A stretch of DNA of 64,000 nt from a virus (taxonomy: Duplodnaviria; Caudoviricetes), in IMG/VR virus record IMGVR_UViG_3300032330_001040, positions 1 through 64,000 of that record. One strand, 5' to 3'. Both the position numbers and the translations under genes were made by a program. Shown one piece after another: positions 1 through 10,107 of the stretch (within the stretch, counting starts at the first letter, position 1; the number at the start of each line of letters is the position of its first letter). The notes below the pieces were generated by a model. It did not search any database. It had not been told where the DNA came from and saw nothing but the letters and a program-made list of their open reading frames with translations.

Positions 1-1
1 A

Positions 2-439
2 AATAAGTTTTGGATGATCCTTTATGCAAATGAAATTATGGATCCTCAATGGGATTGGCCTTTAACATCTAAACAATTTGATGCATATTTAATAAACAAA
101 TATAGTGAAGCTGCTGGTGGAGATAATCAAGTTTTTACTTATATTTCAAACACAATTCAAGAATATAGAAAAACAATTACATCTTATGATAGTACGTCAT
201 TAACTACAACATCAAAAACTGTTGTGGTTGATTTGACTACATATAATAGTACCATAGAAAGTTCAACAACACAAACATTTAGTAGTGGTGCTTCTGTAAC
301 CAGAACAATATCAAAAACCGCTGTTAGCATTTACGATTATGAAATAGAATTAAATGAAGCAAAACAAAATATTAAATTAATTAATTCTTCATATAGTAAT
401 CAACTTGAAAAAGATTTAAAAAATTTGATGGCTCAATAA
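2..439 (+). CDS. gp53: Baseplate wedge subunit gp53 (5' end truncated by window edge)
   Basis: Frame is open from base 2 (NKFWMILYANEIMDPQWDWPL); W-x-I-L-x-x-N...DWPL and C-terminal YEIELNEAKQNIKLI are typical of T4-like gp53; position upstream of hub/gp5. Confidence 0.85.
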   Translation, partial: NKFWMILYANEIMDPQWDWPLTSKQFDAYLINKYSEAAGGDNQVFTYISNTIQEYRKTITSYDSTSLTTTSKTVVVDLTTYNSTIESSTTQTFSSGASVTRTISKTAVSIYDYEIELNEAKQNIKLINSSYSNQLEKDLKNLMAQ

Positions 440-440
440 T

Positions 441-1778
441 ATGGCAGGTATAAAGAATCAACTAGATTATTCGTTAACGAATCTTACGTTATTAACCTCA
501 GTTACTACGTTTGATTTAAAGAATACTATGCAAGAAATATCTTACAATGAAGATATATTCAGCAACACATTAAGTGGTTATGTAATGTTAGTTGAAGCTT
601 CTGGCTTTATTGAAACTTTAGCAATAAATGGTACAGAATTTCTTAGATTAACTTTTAGTAAATCTGGCGACAGTAGTAATCAAATTGATAAAATATTTCG
701 TGTATATAAAGTAGGTAATAGAAAACTTGAAGGTACAATGTATAAAGAATCTTATGTTCTTTATTTTTGTTCAGAAGAATTATTATTATCTGAACAATAC
801 AAGATTAGTAAAGCATATAAGAATCAATTAGTTTCTGACAATATTAATGATATATTGAATAATTATTTAAAAATACCAGCAAATAAAAAAGGTACTATTG
901 AAACAACTTACGGTAAATATAATTTTATTATACCAACATTAAAACCATTTGATGCAATTAATTGGTTGACAAACTATGCAAGACCTAATCCACAAAATCC
1001 TGGTGCTGATATGTTGTTTTATGAGGATAAGAATGGTTTTCAGTTTAGGTCATTACAAAGTTTGATGAAACAACCATCATACTATACATACACATATAAA
1101 CCAAAAAATATTGATGCTAGAAATTTAGATAGTGATGTACACAATGTTTTAACTTACGAATTTTTAGATTCTTTTGATACATTGAATGGTATTACTTCAG
1201 GCGCATTTGCCAATCAATTAATATCGGCAAATCCATTAACAAGGCAAAGAAAAATAACTAATTTTAATTATGTTACTTATCAACAAAGTGCTAAAAATTT
1301 AAACCCATATCCAATTATTGATGACTCAACAAATAGAAAAGGTGATAAGTTAAATCAAACTCCACAATCTATGTTAAAAATGATATTTTCTAATTTTGAT
1401 AGTGCTAGTTCTTCTTATGTTGCTGGAGTTCCAGGTGCAGCAGGAAACGATGTATATGCCGAAACATATATTCCTTATAGAACAGCACAATTACAATTAG
1501 CAAATTATACAAGATTAAGAATATCTGTGCCTGGTGATTGTAATTTAACTGTAGGTCGTGTCCTTACGTTTAATTTAATGTCTAGAAATGTAGGAAATAA
1601 CGGAGCTCTCGATAAATATTACTCTGGAAATTACTTCATTACTGGAGTTCGACACATTATTGATTTAACTACATTTAGAACTATATTAGAAATAACAAAA
1701 GAAAGTGTACCAACTTCATATCCAGGAAATGATAATAAATCTACACTATGGAATAATACAGTAAAAGGAATTATATAA
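441..1778 (+). CDS. Probable baseplate hub protein (gp27/phage late-control-D-like)
   Basis: Lies between gp53 and gp5; C-terminal LRISVPGD...GNYFITGVRHII resembles the hub/VgrG-gp27 fold C-terminus. Confidence 0.6.
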   Translation: MAGIKNQLDYSLTNLTLLTSVTTFDLKNTMQEISYNEDIFSNTLSGYVMLVEASGFIETLAINGTEFLRLTFSKSGDSSNQIDKIFRVYKVGNRKLEGTMYKESYVLYFCSEELLLSEQYKISKAYKNQLVSDNINDILNNYLKIPANKKGTIETTYGKYNFIIPTLKPFDAINWLTNYARPNPQNPGADMLFYEDKNGFQFRSLQSLMKQPSYYTYTYKPKNIDARNLDSDVHNVLTYEFLDSFDTLNGITSGAFANQLISANPLTRQRKITNFNYVTYQQSAKNLNPYPIIDDSTNRKGDKLNQTPQSMLKMIFSNFDSASSSYVAGVPGAAGNDVYAETYIPYRTAQLQLANYTRLRISVPGDCNLTVGRVLTFNLMSRNVGNNGALDKYYSGNYFITGVRHIIDLTTFRTILEITKESVPTSYPGNDNKSTLWNNTVKGII

Positions 1779-2080
1779 TGGGTAAAGGTGCAAACAATCA
1801 TAATTTTGCTGGTCTTAATGGTTTTGTATGGTGGCTAGGCGAAATTGAAAATCGTATGGATCCTTTAGGATTAGGCCGGTGTCAAGTTCGTATTTTTGGT
1901 TGGTATGGTGATGAAATTGCAACTGAAGATTTACCTTGGGCTTTTCCAATGAATCCAATAAACAATACAAGACATTTTGAAGCGCCTTCATTAGGTGAAT
2001 GGGTTGTTGGGTTTTTTATGGATAGTGAATCAGCACAAGTTCCAATAATGATGGGTGTTATACCCGGTATTAAACAATAG
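1778..2080 (+). CDS. gp5: gp5 N-terminal OB-fold domain as a stand-alone 100-aa protein
   Basis: FVWWLGEIENRMDPLGLGRCQVRIFGW...DLPWA...GEWVVGFFMD..AQVPIMMG is the gp5 OB-fold signature; TAG stop directly after the domain. Confidence 0.85.
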   Translation: MGKGANNHNFAGLNGFVWWLGEIENRMDPLGLGRCQVRIFGWYGDEIATEDLPWAFPMNPINNTRHFEAPSLGEWVVGFFMDSESAQVPIMMGVIPGIKQ

Positions 2081-2088
2081 AGGATAAA

Positions 2089-2907
2089 ATGGCAATTACA
2101 GTAAAATTAGCAGGAACAACAGTAGCTCCTGGAAATTATGATAGATTAGTAGAAACGGATCCTCCAACACCTGTGGCTACCGCTGATGCTATCAACAAAG
2201 GTTCAGCGACAGTTTCACAAATATCCAGAGGTTATATTTCAAACACTTCAATAGCAATATCAAATGCTGAAATATGGCATATTTGCGACCCAAAATCTGA
2301 AGTTGCTCTTTATCTTGCCACAAAATCTTCTGAAATTGCAGAAGCAATACAAAAAGCTAGAAATGCTTTAATTACGGCTTTATTTGGAGATACCACAAGT
2401 CCTGCTCTTACTGCAATTAAAGCTTTGATTAAAGATGCAATTGCTTTATTAAAAAGAATCAACAAAATTTTAAAAGCAATTAACAAAGCAATTCAAACAG
2501 CAAAAGAAGTTATTGCAGATATTAATGCTTTTATTAATATTATTAATACTTTACCACAAAGAATTGCTCAAGCATTACAACAATGTTTAGTTTTACTGCA
2601 ACAAACATTAGCTAAAGCATTAACAATTGGTTTAGGTGATTTAGGTACTATTATACAACAAACAAATTTGGCGATTTCTCAGACAAACCAAGCAGTAAGT
2701 GGTGTAAAAGGTCTTGGTAATGATTTAAATGGTTTGGCAACAAATTTAGCGTCTGTGCCTACTGCTTTATCAGCTGGAATAAAATCTGCATCTACATCAT
2801 TATCAACAAGTGTAACTAATTTTGCTGATAATGTGAGTAACATAAGTGCCAATATAAACCAAGGTAATGGCACGGCTTTTGTACAAATTAGCAATTCAAG
2901 GCCTTAA
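2089..2907 (+). CDS. Helical/amphipathic baseplate-spike-associated protein (middle part of split gp5 locus)
   Basis: AGGA SD; long Ala/Ile/Leu-rich amphipathic helices; lies between the two gp5 halves. Confidence 0.55.
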   Translation: MAITVKLAGTTVAPGNYDRLVETDPPTPVATADAINKGSATVSQISRGYISNTSIAISNAEIWHICDPKSEVALYLATKSSEIAEAIQKARNALITALFGDTTSPALTAIKALIKDAIALLKRINKILKAINKAIQTAKEVIADINAFINIINTLPQRIAQALQQCLVLLQQTLAKALTIGLGDLGTIIQQTNLAISQTNQAVSGVKGLGNDLNGLATNLASVPTALSAGIKSASTSLSTSVTNFADNVSNISANINQGNGTAFVQISNSRP

Positions 2908-2909
2908 AT

Positions 2910-3695
2910 ATGGCAGATAATATTTACAAAAGCACTTGGACATCAGCCGCCAACACACAAGTTGGTACATATCCATATATCAACGCAACTCAAACTGAAT
3001 CTGGTCATCTAGATTTAAAAGATGATACCCGTGGCGCTGAAGCGATGAGAAGGCAACACGGAATCTCAGGAACTTACGAACATTGGGCTCGTAATGGTGA
3101 TGTCGATACAGTTGTCAAAGGTAATAATTTTACAGTTGTAGTTAGAGATAATAATGTTATAATTCAAGGTATTTGTAACATAGAAATTCATGGAGATTCA
3201 AAACTTCATGTTTATGGTAATACAATTACTCAAATAGATGGTAATATGCAGGCCGTAGTGTCTGGAGATACCAATATACATTCAGATGGAGATATTGATG
3301 TATCTTCTGATGGAGATGTTAATATTTCAGGAAGTGTGGTTTATCTGAATTCTCCTAGTGATGTCATTGTTAGTGGAGACCTGAGAGTTGATGGTGAAAT
3401 TACTTGTGCGGCTTTATCATCAAAAACTAATGTTACCGCCAATTATAAAATTTTTGGTGTAGGTGGTATAGAAACATTAGGTGGAATTAATGCTGGTTTT
3501 GTAACACCAGGACCTGTAGTTCCTCCTGGTGTTATTACTTCTATATCATCAATTGAATGTCCATTGGCCACTTTTGGTGTTATGAAGTCAATTTTAATGT
3601 CTGATACATTAAATTCAAAAATATATGATACTCATGTACATCCTTCATTTAAAGGACCTACAGGAATACCAGCCGTACCTTTTATTGGAGTTTAA
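2910..3695 (+). CDS. gp5: gp5 C-terminal beta-helix spike with HxH metal-binding tip
   Basis: YPYINATQTESGH..DDTRGAE...HGISGTY motif, VxG-type beta-helix repeats, C-terminal THVHP...GPTG. Confidence 0.8.
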   Translation: MADNIYKSTWTSAANTQVGTYPYINATQTESGHLDLKDDTRGAEAMRRQHGISGTYEHWARNGDVDTVVKGNNFTVVVRDNNVIIQGICNIEIHGDSKLHVYGNTITQIDGNMQAVVSGDTNIHSDGDIDVSSDGDVNISGSVVYLNSPSDVIVSGDLRVDGEITCAALSSKTNVTANYKIFGVGGIETLGGINAGFVTPGPVVPPGVITSISSIECPLATFGVMKSILMSDTLNSKIYDTHVHPSFKGPTGIPAVPFIGV

Positions 3696-3698
3696 ATT

Positions 3699-4508
3699 AT
3701 GTTTGTTAGTAATACAGCAGGTGTATATACAGCACTAGGTTACAATTTTAGTGACCCAAATGGTGATATATCAAATTTATCAGCAGATACATTATCTCAT
3801 ATGAATTCTATGCCAGCTATAATTAATAGTTGGCAAGCAGCAGATATTACAAATAATAGTGTTACTGGTTATTTTAAAAATCCTGTGGCAAATGATGTTC
3901 AAACTATATGGGATACAGCAAATTCAATTATAACTCTAACTCAAAACAATGAAACATTAAATACAACCATTTATGTTACTGCAACGGCTTTGGCTGTAAC
4001 TTCAAATGCTTTTATGATTCATACAAATAGAATTTCAAATGTAGAACCTTTTACTGGTGCTGATGGTGTAGATACTAGTGCTCCTTTTTATACTACTGCC
4101 ATAGCTTATGGAATAAATGCCTTATACATTACGAATCAAACTGATGGAATTATCAATAATTCACCAATATTAGGCAGTTTTACTAGCATTTTGGTTGGTC
4201 CACAGATAAGTGCAAATGCAAATACTATAAGTCCTTATGTAACTTTAATTTCACATAGTATTGATTCTTTATCAAATACTTCAAATTTGACGGCTGGACA
4301 AATTACTCAAATAAACAACGATTTATCAAATACCAATTCTTTGTTATCTAGTAGAAGAACAGCAGATTTTACATATTATTCAAATTTAAAAACTTTTATC
4401 AATAATTACAATATTGTAAAAGGAATTGGTAATATGGGTGAAACAGAAAAATACTTGGCAAACAATTTCATAGGAACAGACAAACTTAAAACAAGAATTA
4501 ATTCCTAA
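3699..4508 (+). CDS. Hypothetical virion protein
   Basis: 269-aa Asn/Thr/Ser-rich ORF in the baseplate operon; no recognised motif. Confidence 0.6.
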   Translation: MFVSNTAGVYTALGYNFSDPNGDISNLSADTLSHMNSMPAIINSWQAADITNNSVTGYFKNPVANDVQTIWDTANSIITLTQNNETLNTTIYVTATALAVTSNAFMIHTNRISNVEPFTGADGVDTSAPFYTTAIAYGINALYITNQTDGIINNSPILGSFTSILVGPQISANANTISPYVTLISHSIDSLSNTSNLTAGQITQINNDLSNTNSLLSSRRTADFTYYSNLKTFINNYNIVKGIGNMGETEKYLANNFIGTDKLKTRINS

Positions 4509-4586
4509 AATTTCGAAATTTTGCGTTCCGGCCTAGAATTTCTCCGGCGACATCTCAAAACTTAGAAAAGCGAATTTACTTTTGCG

Positions 4587-4594
4587 TATAAATA
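4587..4594 (+). promoter_or_regulatory. T4-type late promoter TATAAATA (gp25)
   Basis: Exact consensus, 4 nt before the ATG; gp55 is encoded in the window. Confidence 0.85.
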
Positions 4595-4598
4595 AAGA

Positions 4599-4991
4599 AT
4601 GGCAAACCTACAAAAAATATACTCCGATTTAGATTTAACTTTTAAAAGGTTACCCGTAACCAATGATGTTGCTTTAAGTTATGATGAACAGTCTGTAATT
4701 CGTTCAGTTAGAAATTTATTATTAACTGGTTTCTATGAAAGACCATTTCAACCAAATTTAGGTTCAAATTTAAATAAATTGTTATTTGAACCGGCAGACC
4801 AGTTGACAGCAAATTTAATTGAAAATGAAGTCAGAAATGTAATTTTAAATTTTGAACCAAGAATTACAATTAATACAATTAATGTATCAGTATCACCTGA
4901 TGAAAATTCATTTAATTTAAGTATGACTTTTTTTGTGGGTAATAATACAAGAGCAACAACAGTCAATTTACTTCTTCAAAGGTCAAGGTAA
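4599..4991 (+). CDS. gp25: Baseplate wedge subunit gp25
   Basis: YSDLDLTF...SVRNLLLT..YERPFQPNLGS...FEPRI. Confidence 0.95.
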   Translation: MANLQKIYSDLDLTFKRLPVTNDVALSYDEQSVIRSVRNLLLTGFYERPFQPNLGSNLNKLLFEPADQLTANLIENEVRNVILNFEPRITINTINVSVSPDENSFNLSMTFFVGNNTRATTVNLLLQRSR

Positions 4992-7069
4992 TGGCTTCAA
5001 ATACAAATATAAACATAACACAATTAGATTTTAGCTCAATTAAATCTAATTTTATCAACTATTTACAAAAACAAGATACATTCAAAGATTATAACTTTGA
5101 AGGTTCATCAATGTCTGTTTTATTAGATGTTTTGGCATACAACACACAATACAATGCTTATTATTTGAATATGGTTGCCAATGAAATGTTTTTGGATTCA
5201 GCATTACAAAGAAGTTCAGTTGTTTCTCATGCCAAATTATTAAATTATACACCAAAATCAGCTATTGCTCCTTCAGCCGAAATATCTTTAGTTTTTAATG
5301 GTACTGCCAATGGGGCATTTACATTACCTAAATTTACTAATTTTACATCAGAAGCAATTAACGGAGTAAACTACAACTTTGTAACTGTAGATGCCAAAAC
5401 AGTTAATGCAGTAGACAATACAGCAACATTCGATACTGTTACTATTAAACAAGGTGTGCCAGCATCTTATAGATATACAGTAAATTCTACTTCTAATCCT
5501 TCATATACATTCCAAATACCTGATGCAACGATTGACACAACGACTATTGAGGTTGTTGTACAAGAATCATCAACAAACACATCAACTACTGTGTATAATT
5601 CAGCTGCAAATTATTTGACATTAGATTCAACGTCTACTGTATATTTTTTACAAGAAGCTTTAAATGGAAATTATGAAATATATTTTGGTGATGGCGTTTT
5701 AGGAAAGTTATTGTCTGATGGTAATATCGTAAATATTTCTTACGTTTCTACTGAAGGAACGATGGCGGCTGGTGCCAATAATTTTGTATTGATGGATTCA
5801 ATACCAGGTTATACTACTTTACAAATATATCCTGTTGTTGAAGCGACAACAGGTGGCAATAAAGAAAGTATTACTTCTATTAAATTTCAAGCACCTAAGG
5901 CTTTCTCAGCACAAAGTCGTGCAGTAAGTAAAAATGATTACATTACTGCCATTCAACAAAATACTTTAGGTTATGCATTTGATGCTGTTAATGTTTGGGG
6001 TGGAGAAGAAAATGACCCGGTTGTATATGGTCAAGTATTTGTTTGTTTAAAACCAACAGGTGGTTATAATTTAACTGCAACACAAAAACAAAGATTAATT
6101 GCTGAAGTTATTAAACCAATTTCAGTACTAACTGTTGTACCTACTATTGTTGACCCTGATTATACTTATATCCAAATAAATGCTTCAGTATATTACACAG
6201 CAGAAAATACAAATTTAACAGCAGCCCAATTATCAACAGGAATTAAATCTTCAATTCAAACTTGGGGTAATAGTTCATTAAACACTTTTAACTCTACGTT
6301 TAATTCATATGATTTGTTATCAACAATTCAAAGTTATAACCAATCAATTGTTAGTAGTGAATTTAATGTTAAATTACAGAAAAAGTTCTTGCCAAATTTG
6401 AATTCTGGTACAACATATAAGTTATATTATAATACATCTATTCAACCAGGTAAATTTGGTAGTGGTATAACAAGTTATCCTGATTTACAATATAGAGACC
6501 CAACTAATCTATCTACAATTATTGATGGTATTTACATTGAAGAAGTTCCATCATCAACATATGGCGTTGATACTATTGATGTAATTAATCCAGGTTATGG
6601 TTATCAGTCAGCCCCAACAATTACTATTTTAGGTGATGGTTCTGGCGCTACTGCTACAGCAACTATTGTAAATGGAAGTATAACAAAGATTACAGTAGTT
6701 AATTCTGGTAATAATTATACACAAGCAATTGCAACAATAACTCCGGCATCTGGTGATACAACAGGTCAATTAGGTGCGGTTGTAGTCAATCTACAAGGTA
6801 GATATGGTACATTAAGAGCATATTATAATAACACAAACAAAGTTAAAACGATATTTAATTCTAACATTGGTACAGTTGATTACCTCAATGGTATTATTAC
6901 ATTAAATAACTTTAATCCTCATGGCGTTAATGACCCATTAGGTCAATTAACTCTTTCTGTTACTCCAACTACAAACATTATATCATCTTCATATAATAGA
7001 ATTATTACTATTGATCCTTATGATTCAAATGCTATTAAAGTTAGTGTTACAGCCAAAACAAGTACATGA
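4991..7069 (+). CDS. gp6: Baseplate wedge subunit gp6
   Basis: LDFSSIK...FKDYNFEGS..SVLLDVLAYNT...NEMFLDSA..RSSVVSHAK; SRAVSKNDY; VWGGEEN. Confidence 0.95.
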   Translation: MASNTNINITQLDFSSIKSNFINYLQKQDTFKDYNFEGSSMSVLLDVLAYNTQYNAYYLNMVANEMFLDSALQRSSVVSHAKLLNYTPKSAIAPSAEISLVFNGTANGAFTLPKFTNFTSEAINGVNYNFVTVDAKTVNAVDNTATFDTVTIKQGVPASYRYTVNSTSNPSYTFQIPDATIDTTTIEVVVQESSTNTSTTVYNSAANYLTLDSTSTVYFLQEALNGNYEIYFGDGVLGKLLSDGNIVNISYVSTEGTMAAGANNFVLMDSIPGYTTLQIYPVVEATTGGNKESITSIKFQAPKAFSAQSRAVSKNDYITAIQQNTLGYAFDAVNVWGGEENDPVVYGQVFVCLKPTGGYNLTATQKQRLIAEVIKPISVLTVVPTIVDPDYTYIQINASVYYTAENTNLTAAQLSTGIKSSIQTWGNSSLNTFNSTFNSYDLLSTIQSYNQSIVSSEFNVKLQKKFLPNLNSGTTYKLYYNTSIQPGKFGSGITSYPDLQYRDPTNLSTIIDGIYIEEVPSSTYGVDTIDVINPGYGYQSAPTITILGDGSGATATATIVNGSITKITVVNSGNNYTQAIATITPASGDTTGQLGAVVVNLQGRYGTLRAYYNNTNKVKTIFNSNIGTVDYLNGIITLNNFNPHGVNDPLGQLTLSVTPTTNIISSSYNRIITIDPYDSNAIKVSVTAKTST

Positions 7070-10000
7070 TAACCAATAATCAAAAAACTTCAATACTAGT
7101 ACCATCACAGTTACCTGAATTTATTCGGGATAACCCTGATTACGAAAATTTTGTATTGTTTTTGCAAGCTTATTATGAATGGATGGAATTACCGAACACA
7201 TCCAATTCATTAATTACTACAGCAACTACACAACAAGGTGCAACATATGGTTCTAAAAATTTATTAGAATACCAAGACATTGATGAGACTATTGATACAT
7301 TTACTTCACATTTTTATAATGAATTTATTTCTTATTTTCCTAATGAAATATTAGCTGATAAAAATAAAGTAATTAAGTTAGCTAAACAACTGTATCAAGC
7401 CAAAGGCACACCAGCATCATTTCAATTTTTCTTTAGAACATTATATAACTCTGATGTGGATTTCTTTTACACAAAAGACGCTGTACTAAAGGCTTCTTCA
7501 GGTAAATGGTATATTTCGAAAAGTTTAAAATTAGGTTCATCCGATTTAAATTTCTTAGAAACAAATAATTTAAGAGTTTTTGGTGAAACAACAAAATCAA
7601 TTGCAACGATTGAAAATTCTGTTTTATCCAAAGGTAAAATTGAAGTATTCATTTCTAATATTGAAAGATTATTTCAATCAGGTGAATTTGTCCGTGTAGT
7701 TGATAGTAATAATCAAAATGTTTATTTTAAAGATGGTAAAATTGTAACCTCCACTACTTCTGGTGCTGAAGTACTAAGAGCTAAAATTGTAGGTCAAATA
7801 AGCCAGATAAAAGTAACTCCTACAAAGAGAGGTTTATTATATGAAGGCACCAATACTTCTTCAGGTTATATTGGTGATCCAGTAATTGTTTATGGTGGAT
7901 TAAATAGTGTTGGAGGAATAGGTGCAACAGCAACTATCAATGAAACAACAAAAGGTTCAATAAAAAGTATAACTATTGCAAATTCATCTGGTATTTTACT
8001 CGGTGGATTTGGTTATTCTCAATCAAGTACGACTGCAAAAAATACTGGTGCAATTACTATTACTGGTGGAAATGGTGCTACTGCTGAAATTGCAGGATTA
8101 ACTACAGAAACAGTTTTTATTGGTAATTCTTTTTATAATCCTACTTCAACAATAAGTTTTGTACCGAATGATAGAATTGGTTCCAAAACTATAGGTAGCG
8201 TGTCATTAGGATTATCATTTGCAAATGCGACACATTATAGTTCAAGTTCTGATATAAATTATTATTTTGCGAACATAGTTACTTCAAATGCAACGACTAC
8301 ATTGGCCAATGCATTAACATTTGTAACACCATTTAATACTTATCCAATTTCTTCTGTAATTGTTACAAACCAAGGCGGTGGTATAAAATCAACACCAACT
8401 ATCACAGCACAATCTTTATATGAAAGTCAAGATACATTAACAAAAAGTGATTTGGGTACATTAGGTATTTTAGGCCCAATTAAAATTGATACAAAAGGTA
8501 CAGGTTATGCGGCCAATGATAAGATAAACATTATTGGCGGTTCAGGTTATGGTGCATATGCAAATGTAATTAATGTTGCAGCCAATGGAGCAATTTTAAA
8601 TGTTGCTTATGTATATTCCAAAACAACTTCTAGCCAATATCCTTTAGGTGGTTTGGGTTATAGATTAGATGCTCTGCCTACTCTTACAATCACATCTGCT
8701 AGTGGAACAGATGCTACATTGAGTATTACTGGTGTTGTTGGTCAAGGTGCAAAATTTGTTCCAGCATTAGACCGAGTTGGTTCTATAACGTCAATCAATA
8801 TCTCTGACTATGGTGAAGATTATGTTACTACACCAAATGTTTCTTTTAAAGTACAAGATATTGTTGTTACAAACATTAGTCCAGGTAATGCTCCTTCAAA
8901 AGGAGATACAATTTATCAAGGTACTAGTGCCACCAATTCAACATATTTGGCAACTGTAGATTCTTTATCATTAGTTCAAAATGATGCAGACCCAACAAAA
9001 TCTTTATATATTTTAAGAGCTTTTAATTATAATGCAACTCCAAATATAGCTAAGCCAATTGGAGCCAATAATAAGAGTTATTCTTTAACTATCTCAAATG
9101 ATTATTCATCTACCATAATATCACAATATAACGGTATTAATAGTCAAAGATATGCTAATGGTGTTATCACATACGGTGATGGCACAGCAACAGGATTTGC
9201 CACATTCTTAAATGGTTTAACATTAGGTGCAGGTCAATATCTAGATTCTTCCGGTCAACCTAGTTCTTATGATGTGTTACAGAATGAGATTTATAATAAC
9301 TACACTTATCAAATTACATTAGAAAAAGAGATAGCAAAATATAGAACAGCATTACTGAATCTATTACATCCTACTGGCATGAAAGTTATTGGCCGTTTTG
9401 CGATGAAATCTAATAATAATTATAACATAACAACTTCTGATGCATTGTATGGCGGACATAGTTTATACTATAATACAAGATCCAATTCTTCAAATGCTTT
9501 AGTAAGTTCTAATGGAGATTTTTCAGTATTAAGTTCTAATATTATTAAATTTGATAATTTATTTGGTGCCAATTTAGCCAATTTTATATTTTCAAATACT
9601 TCTATTCGATTTACTAATGCAAATAGTGAACAAGTATTTTCTGATGTAGATTCAATAAATTATTCAGACAATACGGTAAAGCTTAAAAATAATGTTTGGT
9701 TAACTTTTATAAATGTTGCCAGCGGTAGAGCAAGTGCTGGAGGAAATACGATAAATATAGGCAACGTTTATACTTCATCATATAACATTTATAATAATGG
9801 TGTTTATAGTAACGCCAACAATCCATTAATTGATATGATACATACTGGTGATTTTATTAAAGTTAATAACCAGGTAAAACTTGTAACTAATATTAATTAT
9901 ACAACAAAAATAATTACAGTAAGTAATAATTTTACATATGCAGCAACAGGAAATGTTAGTTTAAATAAGGTACTTAGTGCGACAGCTCAATATGTACAAT

Positions 10001-10098
10001 TATTTGGTCCATTAGGTCAACAATATGTACCACAATTAACAACAGAAAATGGTGATTTTATCACCACAGAAAATGGAAATACAATTTTAATTAATTAA
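7066..10098 (+). CDS. gp7: Baseplate wedge initiator gp7-like
   Basis: SQLPEFIRD..FVLFLQAYYEW, LYQAKGT..SFQFFFRTLY, LLHPTG; follows gp6 with ATGA overlap. Confidence 0.8.
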   Translation: MITNNQKTSILVPSQLPEFIRDNPDYENFVLFLQAYYEWMELPNTSNSLITTATTQQGATYGSKNLLEYQDIDETIDTFTSHFYNEFISYFPNEILADKNKVIKLAKQLYQAKGTPASFQFFFRTLYNSDVDFFYTKDAVLKASSGKWYISKSLKLGSSDLNFLETNNLRVFGETTKSIATIENSVLSKGKIEVFISNIERLFQSGEFVRVVDSNNQNVYFKDGKIVTSTTSGAEVLRAKIVGQISQIKVTPTKRGLLYEGTNTSSGYIGDPVIVYGGLNSVGGIGATATINETTKGSIKSITIANSSGILLGGFGYSQSSTTAKNTGAITITGGNGATAEIAGLTTETVFIGNSFYNPTSTISFVPNDRIGSKTIGSVSLGLSFANATHYSSSSDINYYFANIVTSNATTTLANALTFVTPFNTYPISSVIVTNQGGGIKSTPTITAQSLYESQDTLTKSDLGTLGILGPIKIDTKGTGYAANDKINIIGGSGYGAYANVINVAANGAILNVAYVYSKTTSSQYPLGGLGYRLDALPTLTITSASGTDATLSITGVVGQGAKFVPALDRVGSITSINISDYGEDYVTTPNVSFKVQDIVVTNISPGNAPSKGDTIYQGTSATNSTYLATVDSLSLVQNDADPTKSLYILRAFNYNATPNIAKPIGANNKSYSLTISNDYSSTIISQYNGINSQRYANGVITYGDGTATGFATFLNGLTLGAGQYLDSSGQPSSYDVLQNEIYNNYTYQITLEKEIAKYRTALLNLLHPTGMKVIGRFAMKSNNNYNITTSDALYGGHSLYYNTRSNSSNALVSSNGDFSVLSSNIIKFDNLFGANLANFIFSNTSIRFTNANSEQVFSDVDSINYSDNTVKLKNNVWLTFINVASGRASAGGNTINIGNVYTSSYNIYNNGVYSNANNPLIDMIHTGDFIKVNNQVKLVTNINYTTKIITVSNNFTYAATGNVSLNKVLSATAQYVQLFGPLGQQYVPQLTTENGDFITTENGNTILIN

Positions 10099-10107
10099 GG
10101 TAAAAAG

